DNA of 64,000 nt. Origin: Lama guanicoe (taxonomy: Eukaryota). Location: positions 1,362,011 to 1,426,010 of the forward strand of contig MU054117.1 in NCBI GenBank assembly GCA_013239625.1. Reading direction: 5' to 3'. Position numbers and translations under genes: made by a program. Below, one piece after another: positions 51,001 to 64,000 of this stretch. The notes beneath the pieces are model-generated. The model worked only from the letters and a program-made list of their open reading frames with translations, was not told the origin of the DNA and did not search any database. Every line of letters begins with the position of its first letter. Position 1 is the stretch's first letter.

Positions 51001-51560
51001 AGCTAGGAGTCTGGGCATGCAGGTGCCCACCTGGAACCCAGGTTCAAGGGGGCTGACTGTAAGCCTGGGGCCACAGGAGCCACCCCGGGCTTCAGGAGCA
51101 AGCTGGTGCTGGGATGTGCGGGGAGCCCAGGTTCACTGGAGCCCAGCGGGAGCCTGGGGCCACAGGGGGTGCCTGGAGGTACTGGGGCCTGGGTCTGCGG
51201 AAACACACAGGGAGCCCCTGAGGCTGCAGGAGTTAGCCTGCTGCTGGGGCGACCCAACTCTGGGGGCCCCGAGGTAAAGCTGGGTGGTCACTTCACTCTC
51301 CTTGTCCCCCGGGGCGGGTGTCGTCGCACCAGGCTGCCTGGGCTTGGGGGAAAGGTGGTGGGGGTGGTGTCAACCTGTCTTCCCCGCCCTCCCCCGTGCA
51401 TCTTTATTTCTGTGCTCCATGCGAGGCTGCAATCCCTCACATGATCCGTGGCTCTTGCGGAGGTATTTTTGTGCAGGGACAGTTGCTCACACTGATGCTT
51501 CTGGCAGGGGCAGGAGAGCCAGCAAGCCCTATGCCAGCACTTTGCTAACATCACTGTCAT
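48040..51560 (-). mobile_element. Internally deleted old L1M (ORF2 fragments, ORF1 region, GC-rich repetitive 5'UTR)
   Basis: Antisense ORF2 motifs (tggcctttattatgttgaggtacatt; gaggattttgcatccatgttcatcagggata; tagaattcaccagtgaaacca), ORF1-region motifs (ggtgataaactccctcagc) and 5' ggagcctgggg/ccacagg repeats at 50550-51280. Confidence 0.85.
48813..48958 (-). mobile_element. Vic-1-like camelid SINE nested in the L1
   Basis: ggaggtactggggactgaacccaggacctcgtgcatgctaggcctgcgctctaccactgagctgtccctctcccc. Approximate TSD aatcgccatacttg / agtcaccatgcttg. Confidence 0.9.
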
Positions 51561-52949
51561 TGCTCAGGGAAGACCACTGCAGATCAGCTCAGGCTCCTCA
51601 CCATAAATCTGACACCGTACACTTTGTTAATTACGTAACAGTTACAACTAAATTATGGTTTGCTTAACACGTCCTCTCACCACCAGAGTACAGGCAAAGG
51701 GGCTGAATAGCTCTTGTTGAAAATTATATTAATGTCCAGTGCGGATCCTGAAGCACAGGTATTCTTACAGACATTTACTAGAAGACAGGAAAAAGACACA
51801 AAGAACAGGGAGGAAGGAGAGAGGGAGGAAGAGAGAAGTGGGAAGCAACTCGAACACCTCCTGGGAAAGCTTCTCCGCCGTGAGCCTGTCTCCTAGAAAC
51901 AAACCACCGCTAGCCCACCCCTTGTGGACATGAAAAGGGTGGGGTGTACACACACTAACACGGCGTAACTTAAGAGCCTGATGGAGTGCTGCGTCTCTGC
52001 TGGCTACCCCTTCACAGAGACGACCGACCGCCAGCCAACGGGGGGACGGCCTGGTGGAAACGTGCTGCTAGAAACCACTGCTGGTCAGCCACGCGCGGCC
52101 TCGTGCCCCTGACTCCACCGCACTTTGATAGAAGCAAATATGAGCAAACGTACTAGTGCATCGCTGGGGCAGGAGGAGAAATCAGTGGTCCGTTTTCCGG
52201 GGGCTCAGTCACATGTGTGTTGGGTTTCCCTGAAACTCTAAGCTGCCCACGCAAGCGCGGCCAGTGAGACGGGCAGGGTCAGCTCCCGGTAGTTCGTTCC
52301 AGAAAGGACACCTGTGGGCAGAACGTCATGAGACCAGAGCTTGACGATGGGCCTCCTGCCTCCCTGTGAAACGTTCCTACGCCTAGGGTAGCAGTTCTCA
52401 CTCCGCAGTTCTATGCCTCCGTCCCCAGGCCCACGCCCTTGAGGGTTATCTGACTGGCAAGATCTGAAGAAAGAGGTACACAGGCTCATTTCAGTGCCCC
52501 TGCTCCCCTGTCTCGGGATCCGTCTGTCTGTGCAGAACATACACCCTGTCCTGCTCGCCGTCTGCATGCCGTGAACGCCGTGCTCACCCGGCTCTGCTCC
52601 AGTTCCCCCGTGAAATACCAGGGAGGCTGCCCGGCGGCACGTGTACAGTCACGTGCTCTAATCAGCTTTATAAAGATGTGAAGATAGTAAGACTGCAGCT
52701 CCCTTCTTCTGACTCCTCTGCTTATCCCTCAGCTGGATCCAAACCCAGAAGGGTAACTGTAGAAAATCCTTGGCAAGGACACAAAATTCAGCTGCTCAGG
52801 AGTAAAAATCCAGAAATTCGTCCTTTTCACCACGCACAGCACCGCTTTTAGAGGCTGAGACTGCTGTCTCTCCAATGTCCTAACCTCTGAGCATCCACTG
52901 AGATTCCAGTGAAAAGTGACACAGCAGTCGCTAACAGCCAAGGCCCGTG

Positions 52950-53130
52950 TAAGTGTTGCCCTCGTATTAACTCATTCATCCCCCTCAGCATCCTCTGTCA
53001 ACATTAGTCCCCATGTGACAGATGAGGAAACCGAGTAACCGAGAGGCTAAACATCTAGCCTGCGGCCACACAGACAGGAAGTGGTGACGGCTGTTTTAAA
53101 CTGAAGCTGGGCCCCGGAGTCTCTGCCCTG
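52950..53130 (-). mobile_element. MIR SINE
   Basis: ccccatgtgacagatgaggaaaccgag...gagaggctaaacatctagcctgcggccacacagacaggaagtgg. Confidence 0.7.
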
Positions 53131-53220
53131 AACTAGTCTTCCTCAGTGTGGTATGTCTTGAGGAGCAAGATTTAAAAAACAAAGTGAACGAGAATTAAAA
53201 AGAACAGAAAATATCAAGGC

Positions 53221-53379
53221 GGGGAGGGTGTAGCTCAGTGGTGGCGCACGCTTACCACATACAAGGTCATGGGTTCAAGCCCCAGTGTCTCCGTTAAAAT
53301 AAGTAAATAAATAAAAACTTAATTACCTCCCCCTTAAAAATTAAAAAAAAACTTTTTTAAATAGAAAAAAACATAAAAA
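53221..53379 (+). mobile_element. Vic-1-like camelid SINE, full length
   Basis: ggggagggtgtagctcagtggtgg (A box), ggttcaagccc (B box), cttaattacctccccc and an A-rich tail. TSD agaaaatatca at 53206-53216 and 53380-53390. Confidence 0.9.
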
Positions 53380-56300
53380 AGAAAATATCAGTGCACAAAA
53401 ACCAGAGGTACTGTTCGGTTAAATGTTTGTTCCAGTTACGTGTGCGTGCACATGCGTGTGTGTGAGAGAGTCGAAGAGACAGAGAGGAGCAGGGAAGGGG
53501 GGGCGGGGAGAGAGAGAGAACAGGAGCAGGGAGAGATGTAAAAAGTTTTCCTACAGGCTCAGTCAGAATGTCTGAAAGCCACTGCTCTGAACCAACGTGC
53601 CGACGGTCTCCCCGTTGGTAGGAGAAGCGTCGCGGTTGCCCCAGGAACAGCCTCCCCGCCGCCCCTAGAGTCGGGCAGAGGCCCCATCCGCCCTGAACCA
53701 AGGTGCCATCAGTTCTCATCAGCTAACCTTAGTCTCTGCAGTACGACCGACTGTGCTTCCCAAATCGCTGAGGGCGCTCGCAGGGCGCCGAAGGATGCTG
53801 TAATTTCGGGGAGAAAAACGGTGACACCTGCCAGACCACAGACAAATCAGCTCGAGGCAGTTTAGGTTTCAACGCTGCATCAGACACACAACGCACGTCA
53901 GGACGGCCTTTCTTTGTGAAACTGAGCTCCGCTGGCCGCTGGGATGGAGAGCCCAGCAGAGCGATGACAGAAATCAGCGGAGAGCAAAACACGAAGGTGG
54001 CCGCGGCCAGTCTCCCCTCGAGACGTGCGACCCGCGCAGTGCCCAGCACACACGCATCCCACTAGCAAGTCACCGTGGTGATTCGGGATGAAAAGAAAAT
54101 GTCTCTTCTTTCAGTTTACGTACACTGTTATTTTTGAAGTGATGAGTAAATTGTTGGAACATAAATATTTAAACAGCCTAACTACTATTAGGAACTGTTA
54201 CGGATTCATTTTGGCCTAGAGGTCATAAAAAAATTGCTGACTGTACTGGAACCAAGAAAGTCTGGGGACCTCTGCCCTGTGATGAATAAACACCACCTTC
54301 AAGGCGGCTACAAGACCAAGTCTAGCATGTAAGTTTGAAGAAAGTTTAAGTGCTCCTTCACTGTGTGCGTGTGGAGCAACAGGAATGGCTTTTATTTTTC
54401 ATTAAAAACTCCTCATTTAATAGAACTGAATATGAGCTCTCTTCTCTTTATCTCAGGCCTTTACCTGCTTCTAATCTGCTGCAATCCTCTGGGATCCAAG
54501 GGGAAATTGCCTATGAAGATATTACTGCTATTCATGCAAGAAACTTCTTGCTTAAAAAAAAAATTTCAACTGCAGAAATGTAACACTTGAGCAGCCGCTC
54601 ACCTGCCATCTTGCCTCCGCTGGTCAGAGCCCGGGACGTCGCCTGACGCTACAAGCAGTACTGCCATCTTTCAACGATGACATAAGGTCTACGTATGCAC
54701 AAGGAGCTTTCCCACAAATGTGAGCTTCGGGGTTCAATCCCTGATGTTTTCCGTCATGTTGTCAGTATTGAAGTGGGGTTTACAACGGAGCAGAGTGACC
54801 GCTGTCCCCACTGCATTACATCCACAAGGATGCAACAAGATGCCCCGACATTCATCTGAAACTTCTGATCAGCCTACAGTTCCGTTCGCTTCCAGGCCAC
54901 GAGGTGCACGGTGCTTCCTGAGATGAAGGCCTCCATCGGCAGGACGCCCTCAGGAGGCCGAGCTGGAGGAACAGCACAGAGGATGCGATTCTCTAGCCTA
55001 AAGAGCTCGATCTGAAGTAAAAACTCTTGGATGGCATGAAGGAATCATCAGCTTAACTGAACAGTGACTGGCGCCCACAGGACTGCTCCAGTATTAGCTT
55101 AAAATAAGAACAAAGCTCAGCGCTGGAATCTCCTCTTGCTTAAAAAGTGAAAACAAAGATGTGGCAGGGAGCCCCCGAGGCTGGACAGTGGCGGGCGGGG
55201 CAAGAAGTGGCCGCGACAGAGACTCCCTCCCACTAAGGGCTCCGCAGGGCTGACAGGAAAGGGCAGAGCCAGGTCGTTCAAACCTAACGTGCAAATTCTG
55301 CTCAATCCCAACTCTGAAAACCAACCAACAGCCAACCTAACGTGATTCTAGGGCCTGGAGACTCACTGAAGTGTGCAGTTCAAAACCACAAAGCAAGACT
55401 ATTCCTCTTTTATTTATTGGCCCCCAAAATAAGTGGCCTGATTAACCAGCTGCAGGGGAAGAAAGAAATTTCGCGCATCTTTATTTTCAACACAGAGAAC
55501 ACGACGACGGCTGCCATTTGCTGGGACAGCTCATCTTCGTGACAAGAGAGCCAGGCACTCCTGAGCACTGGCGGGTACCAAGCAGGTTGTGACCCGGGCC
55601 GTGAGACGGCTGCTCCTGCTCCGGGGCCCATCAGCACTCCCCAGGATGGTGCCTGGGAAGGAGGGATTCGCCTGCTATCCCCAGACGAACCCTCCCCGGA
55701 ACCACCACGCCCAAGGACTTCTATTGTTTGCGCGGGACGGACACACCAGTGTGCGTGTGTGTTGTGCAATTATTTGGATGCTTTCTAACAGATGGAAAAG
55801 CAATAAAATGAGAGGAAAGCACTCGCTTAATTAGCACTGGCCCAGCTACCGTATGTACACGTGTCCCGGGAAAGCATCCCCCTGACTGGGCCCTCTTCCA
55901 CGTCTGAAACCACTGACAGCTCTGAACCAGACCACTCATCACAGGACGGCTTCGTCCCTCGAAAGAAGAGCTGGGGGTACACTTAACAACTCAATCCCGG
56001 AGTCTGAGAATTTTAGTACTGAGGGATTCAGCCACATTAAGCCTGCCTCCAAAATAAAAATAAAACAAATTTTAAAAATCAGACCTAGAAGTGAAATGAA
56101 TGTCCTCCAGCACAGCCTTCCAGGTAGAAATGGAGACACACAAGCGCAGCGTGACTGTCTTATCTCTCCAGGAATTTGGAGCCAAAAGGCTTGATTCCGC
56201 CCGTTTCGACCTCGATGCGGAGGGGCTCGGCAACGGCCACGCTGACCAGGCCCCTTGAATGCCGCCTGGTCTACTTCCCGGCAGTGACCTCCACCCCCAG

Positions 56301-56999
56301 GCTTGGCACGGCTCATTTGGACAGCACACTGAGCTTCCTCTGTGAGCCGGCCCCCAGGGCTCACAGAGTTCAAGATATAATGAGATACGAAGGTGTTTAT
56401 CACAAGGCGGAGTGGGACTCTGGGCCGGATCAACAGGAGCTGGACATCGCGGGCAGGCTGGGGACAGAAAGGGTTGTTTTTTCTTTAGAGTATGCTGGAA
56501 AAATAAACTATTCCAGAAGACACACAAAGTTTCGGGAAAGACGACAATTTTTAAGCGCAAGTAATCCTCCAACTTGCAGAAACTTAAGAGAACAAAACGG
56601 CATTTCAGAGGCAGAGACGGGGAGGGGGCAGCACACCTTTCTTTCATCACTGCCTCTTGCTACCTGTGCACGTAAAATTCTGGTTCGAGAGCCCTGTAAT
56701 CGACCCCGTTCTGTAGGAAATGGCAAACATCTTACACGGATGTTCTGTCTGAAAAGCAGCAATCAAAACCCTTGTTATGAATTCTGAAGGCTTCATGAAG
56801 GGAAAGCACGTATGTAAAAGTAGAGGCCCCCCAAAAACTTAGGACAGGAGAGAAGGGAAAAACCCTAACATTCTGAAAACAAGTTCGGCTTAAACTGGAA
56901 CTTACACTTCTGACAAATGCTATGAACTAAGCCAGCGTAAACGGACTCTTCCCTCTTGCTCCAAACTCACGAAAACTGCATAAAATAGGAACTGACAGC

Positions 57000-57620
57000 G
57001 CGATAGGAGGGCGAGCTGAAGTAGCCCCCCACCCCGTGCCGCCCGTGACAGCACGAGGAGGGGCGGCGGGAGCGCCCCCGGGAGGAAGCCCGCGCGGGGC
57101 TGGGCAACTGGGCGGCGGAGGGCGAGGCGGGGCGCCTCCGGCGGCTCCAAACCAGGCGAGGCCCCCAGGCCCGGGGCGGGGACGGGTCGCCAGGAGGAGT
57201 GGCCGGCGGGCGCGCGGAGACTCGCAGGAAGGCTGGCCCAGAGCCAGCGACACTCGCCGCGCCACAGACTCAGCTGCCCTAAGGGAGCAAGGCTCCCGAG
57301 ACCGCGGCCCCCGGAGGCGGAGCCTGCACCCGAGGGCCGCGCCGCCAGGAGACAGGCCCGCGCGCGCGCGCGCGCAGGTGAGGGGCCGCGACGGGAGGCT
57401 GCCCGCAGCGGCGGGAGCATCGTGGGGGCGGGAGCAGGCGCTCNNNNNNNNNNNNNCCCCCCCCGCCTCCGGACTGCCTTCTTCATGCAGCCCGTCCGGC
57501 TGCAGCCTGGCCCCGGGTGGGCGCCCTCGGGCCGGGCCTCGGGGGTGGGTACTGATGAGAGCGAGACGAGGAAAGTGGGCCCGTCTTCCCTCCCAGACGT
57601 GGCGTGTGACTCCGCCTGGC
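57000..57620. promoter_or_regulatory. Second intronic CpG island
   Basis: About 600 bp, very GC- and CpG-rich, with GC boxes (ggggcgggg at about 57173), a (CG)8 run at 57359-57374 and a plus-strand donor CAG|GTGAGG at 57377/57378. Confidence 0.7.
57444..57456. other. Assembly gap (13 N)
   Basis: Run of N inside the GC-rich island. Confidence 1.
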
Positions 57621-57979
57621 CGACGGAAGACGAAGGGAGGTCCCCAGTGGAAGGAGGCAGTGGAGGACTTCCCAGAACGAGACCCAGCACTACGTGGAAG
57701 TGGTGACATCACCGCGAAGCAGGCTGAGGACAAAGGCAACGCACTGTCTGATGCCAGGGCCCTGGTCAGCGGGCGGTTTCACACCCGTCCACCGCAGCTG
57801 CACGGAGGCGTCCTCTGCTCACGGCTTGCAGACTGCTCTTTTCTGCCCACGATGCAGTGGTGCTGTGCACGCAGCACTGAACGCTCCGCCCTGATTCCGT
57901 GGGATTCAATCGCCACACCCTGGATGGAACACAGACTAAGGGGGGAAAGCTCGCGAGCCCAGAAGACTTAACTAAACGC

Positions 57980-59150
57980 AAGGAGAAATTCCTACAGATA
58001 AAAATTTGGATATAGCTAATGGGAGGCTTAGAGAAAAAATCACAGGCTTCTATAATAACTAAAAGTATTCAAGTCACTTGGAAAAAAATAAACATGGTAA
58101 ATGTAAGGAAAACAGAAGGAAATCAGAACAGAACAGAAACTAGCAGCATAAAAACAAACATAAGGAAAGGTGAGCAAACTTCAATGTGGCTCCTGAAAAA
58201 GAAATACAAAACAGACGAACTTCTAGTAACACCAAACAAGAGAAAAAGGACACCATTCTCAGTGAAGCGAGCCAGGAAAAGAAAGAGCAATACCACACAA
58301 TGCTGCTTCCGTGTGGAATCTTAAAAAAGGACGCAAATGAACTCATCTACAAAACAGAAATAGACTCAGACACAGAGGACAAACTCATGGCTACCAGGGA
58401 GGAGAGGGGTGGAGAGGGACGAGCCAGGAATCTGACAAGTGCATCTCCTGGGGGGTGAAGGGAACGTTAGCTGTCCTGATTGTGGTGGTGGCTTCACCGG
58501 TGTGTGCCTCTTCCAAAATTCATCAGATTGTACATCTGAAGTATGTGTAGTGTACTGTGCAGGAGTCATGAAAGGTGTTAAACAGGTCATGCCAAGGATT
58601 CTGAAAATGGAAAAAAAAGAGAGAAAGAAAGAAAAGAAAAAAAGGATAAAACTCACAAGGCATATGAATAAGAACAGGGCATAAACACAGCATAGACTTT
58701 AAAAGCACCCGCCAGTCAGCAATAGATTAAAGAATTCAAGGGAAAAAAGATACCATTCATGACAGCAGCCACTGAGGAATCAGGAACAAATCTAGCAGAC
58801 GTGTAAGGTGTGCTGAGAAAGTGCACAAGATACTGAAGAAGGTCATGAAAGAAAAATAAATGGATAAACAGGCTACGTTAGCGGATGGCTAGACTCACTG
58901 TTACAAAAATACCCAGCTCTGCCTAAACTGGGCTATAAAATCAATGCAAATTCTTACCATGGTCCTGAGAGGGTTTTTTTTTTTTAAGGACTAGTCGGTG
59001 TCATCATAAGATTCCTATGAAAGACTAAAAGTTCCAGACAACCCTGAGTGCAGAATGCTGCGGAGACTTCTGGTCTACCAAAGCCAGCACTTAGAGCAGT
59101 GCCTGCAGCAGCAGTGAACCAGCACGGCCACGACAGACAGGCAACTGGTA
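57980..59150 (+). mobile_element. Old L1 ORF2 fragments, including an L1 3'-end piece at about 58250-58440
   Basis: gtggaatcttaaaaaaggacgcaaatgaactcatctacaaaacagaaatagactcagacacagaggacaaactcatggctacc; gataccattcatgacagcag; tataaaatcaatgcaaattc. Confidence 0.7.
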
Positions 59151-61479
59151 ATAACATACATTCTCTCCTCCAGGTCGTTCTGGCAAACGAAGCACCCCGC
59201 ACATGGCCGTTCCCGTTCACCTTCACCCGCGGAACCCCACGCTTCACGCCGCACAAAGCGGTGCGTGTCTCAGTTCTGAGCTCTGTGACGCTGGGAAGAA
59301 CACATCATCTCAGCGACTTTTATCCACAGTGCTCAGCACCGTGTTGGAACATTTAGTAAGTCTAGAAACAAGGCATAAATAGTGTCAAATGCTCTAAAAC
59401 AAAGCGCAAAGCGACAGGGGCGCTTGTGTCGACTGAAAAGATTTCAGGTTTCCTTCCAGCCACTGTGATCCGGTGTCAGCTGTGAGAAGGGGTAGAACCT
59501 AAGAGCAGAACCACGGAGAAAGCACTGAAGACAAGAACGGTTGTAACAGGGAGAATGCAGGTTTGAACAGTTTCTGGAGAACAAGAACTAGAGAGGGAAA
59601 TAAAGCCAGAAACAGATCCAGGGACAAATGATGGAGAGCTGATTGCAACATGGAGCTTCTGAAGGTTTCTAAACGTAAGTCCAGCGTTACCAGATGTATG
59701 TCCCCGGTGAAAGTAGGAAATTCTTATTTCCACTGAGCAACTGGTTAGGAAAAAATGTTCTGAATAAACACCAGTACGTCAGAAAGGCCACGACAGTACT
59801 TTTACCCAGTTCAGATTCAATTCAGTGATGTGAATTATACCACACACCCCCAAAGATTAAAAAATAAAATAAAATAAAAGCTAATGAAAATGGTAACATG
59901 AGACTTTATCATATTAACCATGAGTATTTCTACTCTCTGCCTTTCAACAACAAAAAAGACAGTGAATAGAGATCTCGATTTTTTTCAAAAAGTTAATAAA
60001 TATCCATACACATCTCTGAATCAATCACCCCAATGTATAGCCTTTATTTTATCTAACTCTAAGAGTAATTCATGCTCATTATGAAAAATTAGAAAATTCA
60101 ACAAGTATGAGAAAGAAAAAAATCCCCCCATATTTCCAGCATTCAAAGAGATAAGTACTTTGAGCATTGGGTGATTATTCTTCCCAGCTTTTGTTTTTTG
60201 TTAAAAAATGTATCCATACACGCACAGAAAAATCAGTTTTATGCTGCGTGGGGGTCAGTCCTGCTTTTTTTTTTTAACATTATATCATGTTTCCCCAATT
60301 TGTTAGATATTCTTTGAATGAATCGATCACACTTTCATGAAAGAGAACTATCCTATTTTCACTGTCTCTTTTTATAACATTAACCCTCTGCTCCAGATTT
60401 TGAACACTGACTGGATAAAGGCAATTTGACACATCTGAGGATTACAAATATATTACAAATGAGCTAAGATGATGCAAACACAAAGAAAATACACACAAGC
60501 AAGACCGTAAGATAAAAACAAGAAATGATGAAAGAAAAGGAGGTTACGCAGGATTGATGTGGCCGAGGACAAAGGGACAATGACAGCATGACTGCCTGTC
60601 TGGTACCACGAGCCTGAGAGACAACCCCAAGGTGACCCCAAGACCCCAGCAGGCAGGTGTGTTCTGGTAGGATCACTCCCATGCGTACGCTGCCCCCTGT
60701 GAAACGAAGCTTAATTTCAAGATCAAACTGCTGGCCACCTCTGCTAGTTAGTAACCACCCTGCTCGAAAAAGCAACAGTATCTCTACCAGAAATGCATGG
60801 TCACAAACACAGTGAGAAGAAACAACCTAATTCCTGGTGGGAAACTGTACCAATGGCCATGGGGAGCTGAAAGTATGTCATTACACGGAAGAAAAGGCGA
60901 TGAAGAAAAAGAACGAATCCAGCCGTAACCACTTTCATACGCACAGCGAAGAAGCCCTCTGCTCAAGGCAGGGGTTCATCTGATTCTCCTGTGACAGCGA
61001 CTTACGTGTAAGACTGACATGTACATCACAGGTATTTCCCTTAGGACCTGTTCCCAGCCAGGTAATTCCCCAGAACATTAAACCAGAGAGAAAAGATGAG
61101 CTCTGGAACTCAACAACGTTCAGTCCACCTGGAAGATCTAACTTGTAACAACAAACACTATTAAAGGCTGTTTAAAACAACCAGGAATTTGGTTATGTAT
61201 CCTCTTCGAACATAATTTGAGAAAAATTTGGTACAATTCAAAAAATATTTACTTCATGCCAATACACTGGGTACTGTGCATGTTTCTCAGGATTCAAGAT
61301 GAACAACACTTTCAAAGTCGAGAGTCTAGAGGAAGACAATAAAGCTTGCAAATAAACGGCTGTAAGACAATGGGGTAAATTCTTCAGAGACACAGACGTG
61401 GCAGAAATGTCACTATCACCTGCAAAGCTGCATACAGAACCCTATTCACGTAAATACCTTTTACCTGAATCATTCGAGT

Positions 61480-64000
61480 ATTTTCATTTTCTTAATGGTG
61501 TCTTTTGAAGAACAGCTTTTAGTTTTGATGAAGTACAACTTACCAATTTCTTCCTTATGATTAGTATATTTTCTGTACTAAGAAATCTTTGCTTACTCCA
61601 AAGTTTCCTATTTTCTCCCAGAAGTTTATGGCTTTTCCTTTTATGTTGAGGTCTGGAATCCATTTTGAATTAACTTTTGCATGTGGTATGAGGGCCTTAG
61701 CTCATTTTACCCTACAGATATCCCGCTGTATCTGCATCATCCATTATAAAGATGAGTGTTTCCACACTGAATTATATCAGTGCCTTTGACCACATATACG
61801 TGGGTCCATCTCTGCCCCCTTCACTCTGCACACCAGCCTTCGTGCCTACAGCGTACCTCTTCATTACTGCCGCTTTATACCAAGACTACAGATCAGGCGG
61901 TGCAAGTCATCTGCTTCCGTTCTCCTTCAAAACTGGGGTAGCCCTGCAAGAGCCACTGCAATTCGATATAAATTTAAGACTCTGACTGGAAGTTTCTACA
62001 AAAATCCTCCTGTGATTCTGGTTGGGATTGTGCTGCAAATAAATGTGGGGGGAACGAGCCGCTTAAAGTCTGAACAGTTCAAATCATGAACTAGATCCAT
62101 CCCTGTATCTGTTTAGATATTTTAAAATTTTCTCTCAGTAATGTTCTGTGGTTTTCAATGTAGACATCTTGCACAAATCTTGTTAAATTTACTCTGAAGT
62201 ACTTGACGCATTTTGATGTCATCATAAACAGTATTTTCTAAAATTTCAGTTTCCGTTTGCTCATTGCGAATGTATAGAAATACAACGGATTTTTACGTAT
62301 TGCCCTGCTTAGACAGTCGTATTGTCTGTGAATAAAGACAACCCTTCTACTTCCTTTTGAACTTTACTGTTTCTTGACGTCCTGCACAACGCGGATCTCC
62401 GACACAATAACGAGCAAGGGATGGACGTGGATGTCTTTATGTCCTTTGCAACCTCTGGGGAAAGCGCCCATCATTTAGTGAAGTTTCATACACGCCCTTT
62501 ATTGAGCTAAAGAAACTGCCTCCTGTTCTTGTACGTAAGTATGTTAAAAAACCTTCTGAACATCTGAGATAATTTAAGATTTTTTTCTGTACTGTTAATG
62601 TAGTGAACTTAGCTAACTTATTTCAGAATAGTGAACAAACCTTGCTTTCCAGAAATCAGCCTAACTTGGTTGTGACTCACTAGCTTTCTTCTTTATATTA
62701 GACTCAATTTGCTAAGAACTTGCTGGGGAATTTTATGGCAGTGTTCATAAGAGAGACGGATCTATAATTTTCTTTATGTAATGTGTTTTTCAGGTTTAAG
62801 TGTGAGGGCAATTCTAGTCTCATAAAACGAATTACAAAGTATTTCCTTATTCCCTATTTTCAGAAAGAATTTCAATAAGACTTGCACTACTTCTTACTTA
62901 GATGTTTAGTAGAAGTCACCAGTGAGCTAACCTGGGCCTGGAGCTTGCTTTATGGAAATATTTTTTATTACAAATTAAATTCCTTTGATAGGTACAGGCC
63001 TTGCTCAATGTTCTATTCCTTTTTGAGCCAGTTTTAATAAACCACATTTTTCAAGAAATTTGTCTATTATACCTAAGTTATCAAATTTACAGACACAAAG
63101 TTGTTCAAAATATCCTCTTCTCAAATTCCCCTAGACCTTCGCGTGAAATGCTCTCTTACCCTCTTTCATCATGAATGTCGGTGATTCGTACGTCTGTGTT
63201 TTCCCCTTGATTCCCCTAGGAAGGGGCTTCCCAATTTCATTAACTCTCTGAAGAACCGCTTTGTGGATTTTCTGTGTTGTCGGTTTGCTGTTTCCTTGGT
63301 TTCTGCTCTGACCCTTATTATTTCCTTCATTCTATTTACTTTCATTTACGTTGCTCTTCTTTTTTCTAGTTTCTTAGTGTGGAAACTCAGATCACTGAAT
63401 TTAAACTTTCTTATTTTGTAAAATAAGCATTTAAAGGCACAGACTTTACCGTAAGCATCACTTGAGCTGTGCAACACAGAATGTCACTCATTCAGTTCAA
63501 AGCGACTTCTCAGATTCCTTATGACTGCTCTGAGCCATGGTATTTAGAATTATGTAACTTAATTTCCAAACATTTGGGGGATTTTCCAGAAGTCATATTA
63601 TTAACTTCTAACTTAATTCCATTGTGGTCAGAAAACAATTCTGACATATTTCAGTCTTTGGAAATTTATTCAGATTTATTTTTATGGCTCAGCATATGGT
63701 CCTCACTGGTGAACATTCCATACATATTTGAAAAACATAAATATTCTTCAGTTATTGGGTGCACTACTCTATAAATATTGAACAGGTCAAGTTGACGCTC
63801 TTCAGAGCTTCTATATTTTTACTGCTTATTTCCTGTCCACTTATTCTATCAGTTTCTGAGAAACAGGGGTTGTAATCTCCAGCAGTGAATAATGAGTGTG
63901 GGTTTGTCAGCTGGCCCTTCCTGAGTTTTGAGGCTCCGTTACCAGGTGCATGCACGTGAAGGACTGTGATGTCTTCCTGATGAACCGTCCCCATCGTCAT
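61480..64000 (-). mobile_element. Old L1M ORF2 remnant running off the window
   Basis: ORF 63764-64000 (GTVHQEDITVLHVHAPGNGASK...AGDYNPCFSETDR) is a degenerate L1 endonuclease (consensus GSIxQEDITILNIYAPN...GDFNTPLS..DR). Antisense L1 motifs occur throughout. Confidence 0.88.

Noticed and set aside
53221..53295. tRNA-like sequence with A and B boxes
   Set aside because: It has a SINE tail, TSDs and several diverged copies in the window, so it is a tRNA-derived SINE, not a tRNA gene.
54139..54240. GTGATGA ... CTGA spaced like a C/D box snoRNA
   Set aside because: Antisense to the host gene, no terminal stem and no recognisable rRNA guide.
56920..57971. 256-311 aa ORFs over the second CpG island
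   Set aside because: Same GC artefact, and they span an N gap.

Overview
Mammalian genomic DNA, very probably camelid, judged by several Vic-1-type tRNA-derived SINEs with the diagnostic ...AAACCTAATTACCTCCCC tail. The whole window lies inside the 3' part of ERC1 (ELKS/CAST2/RAB6IP2), transcribed on the minus strand. Three coding exons are clear: 23780-23924 (QEALLAAISEKDANIALLELSSSKKK...), 3419-3517 (TQNRMKLMAD...KPSPDQ) and the neuronal exon 1931-1997, which adds DEEEGIWA-stop, the RIM PDZ-binding tail. The rest is intron, containing L1, MIR, MLT1, MER58 and Vic-1 copies, a few tandem repeats, two CpG islands and a 13-nt assembly gap. The most interesting signal is a candidate extra ERC1 exon at the edge of the intronic CpG island (46659-46672). 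It has a strong-Kozak ATG and a CAG|GTAAGG donor, and it splices in frame to the 145-nt exon, giving a 94-aa mini-ELKS (MEPCR-QEALL...IWA). There is also a frame-preserving 12-nt microexon candidate (43562-43573), a candidate alternative stop exon giving a class I PDZ tail (...DQSAV*), and signs of GC-biased gene conversion in repeats and possibly in a coding exon. All novel exons are predictions from sequence alone, and repeat family names come from recalled consensus sequences rather than a search. No prokaryotic-type system is present.
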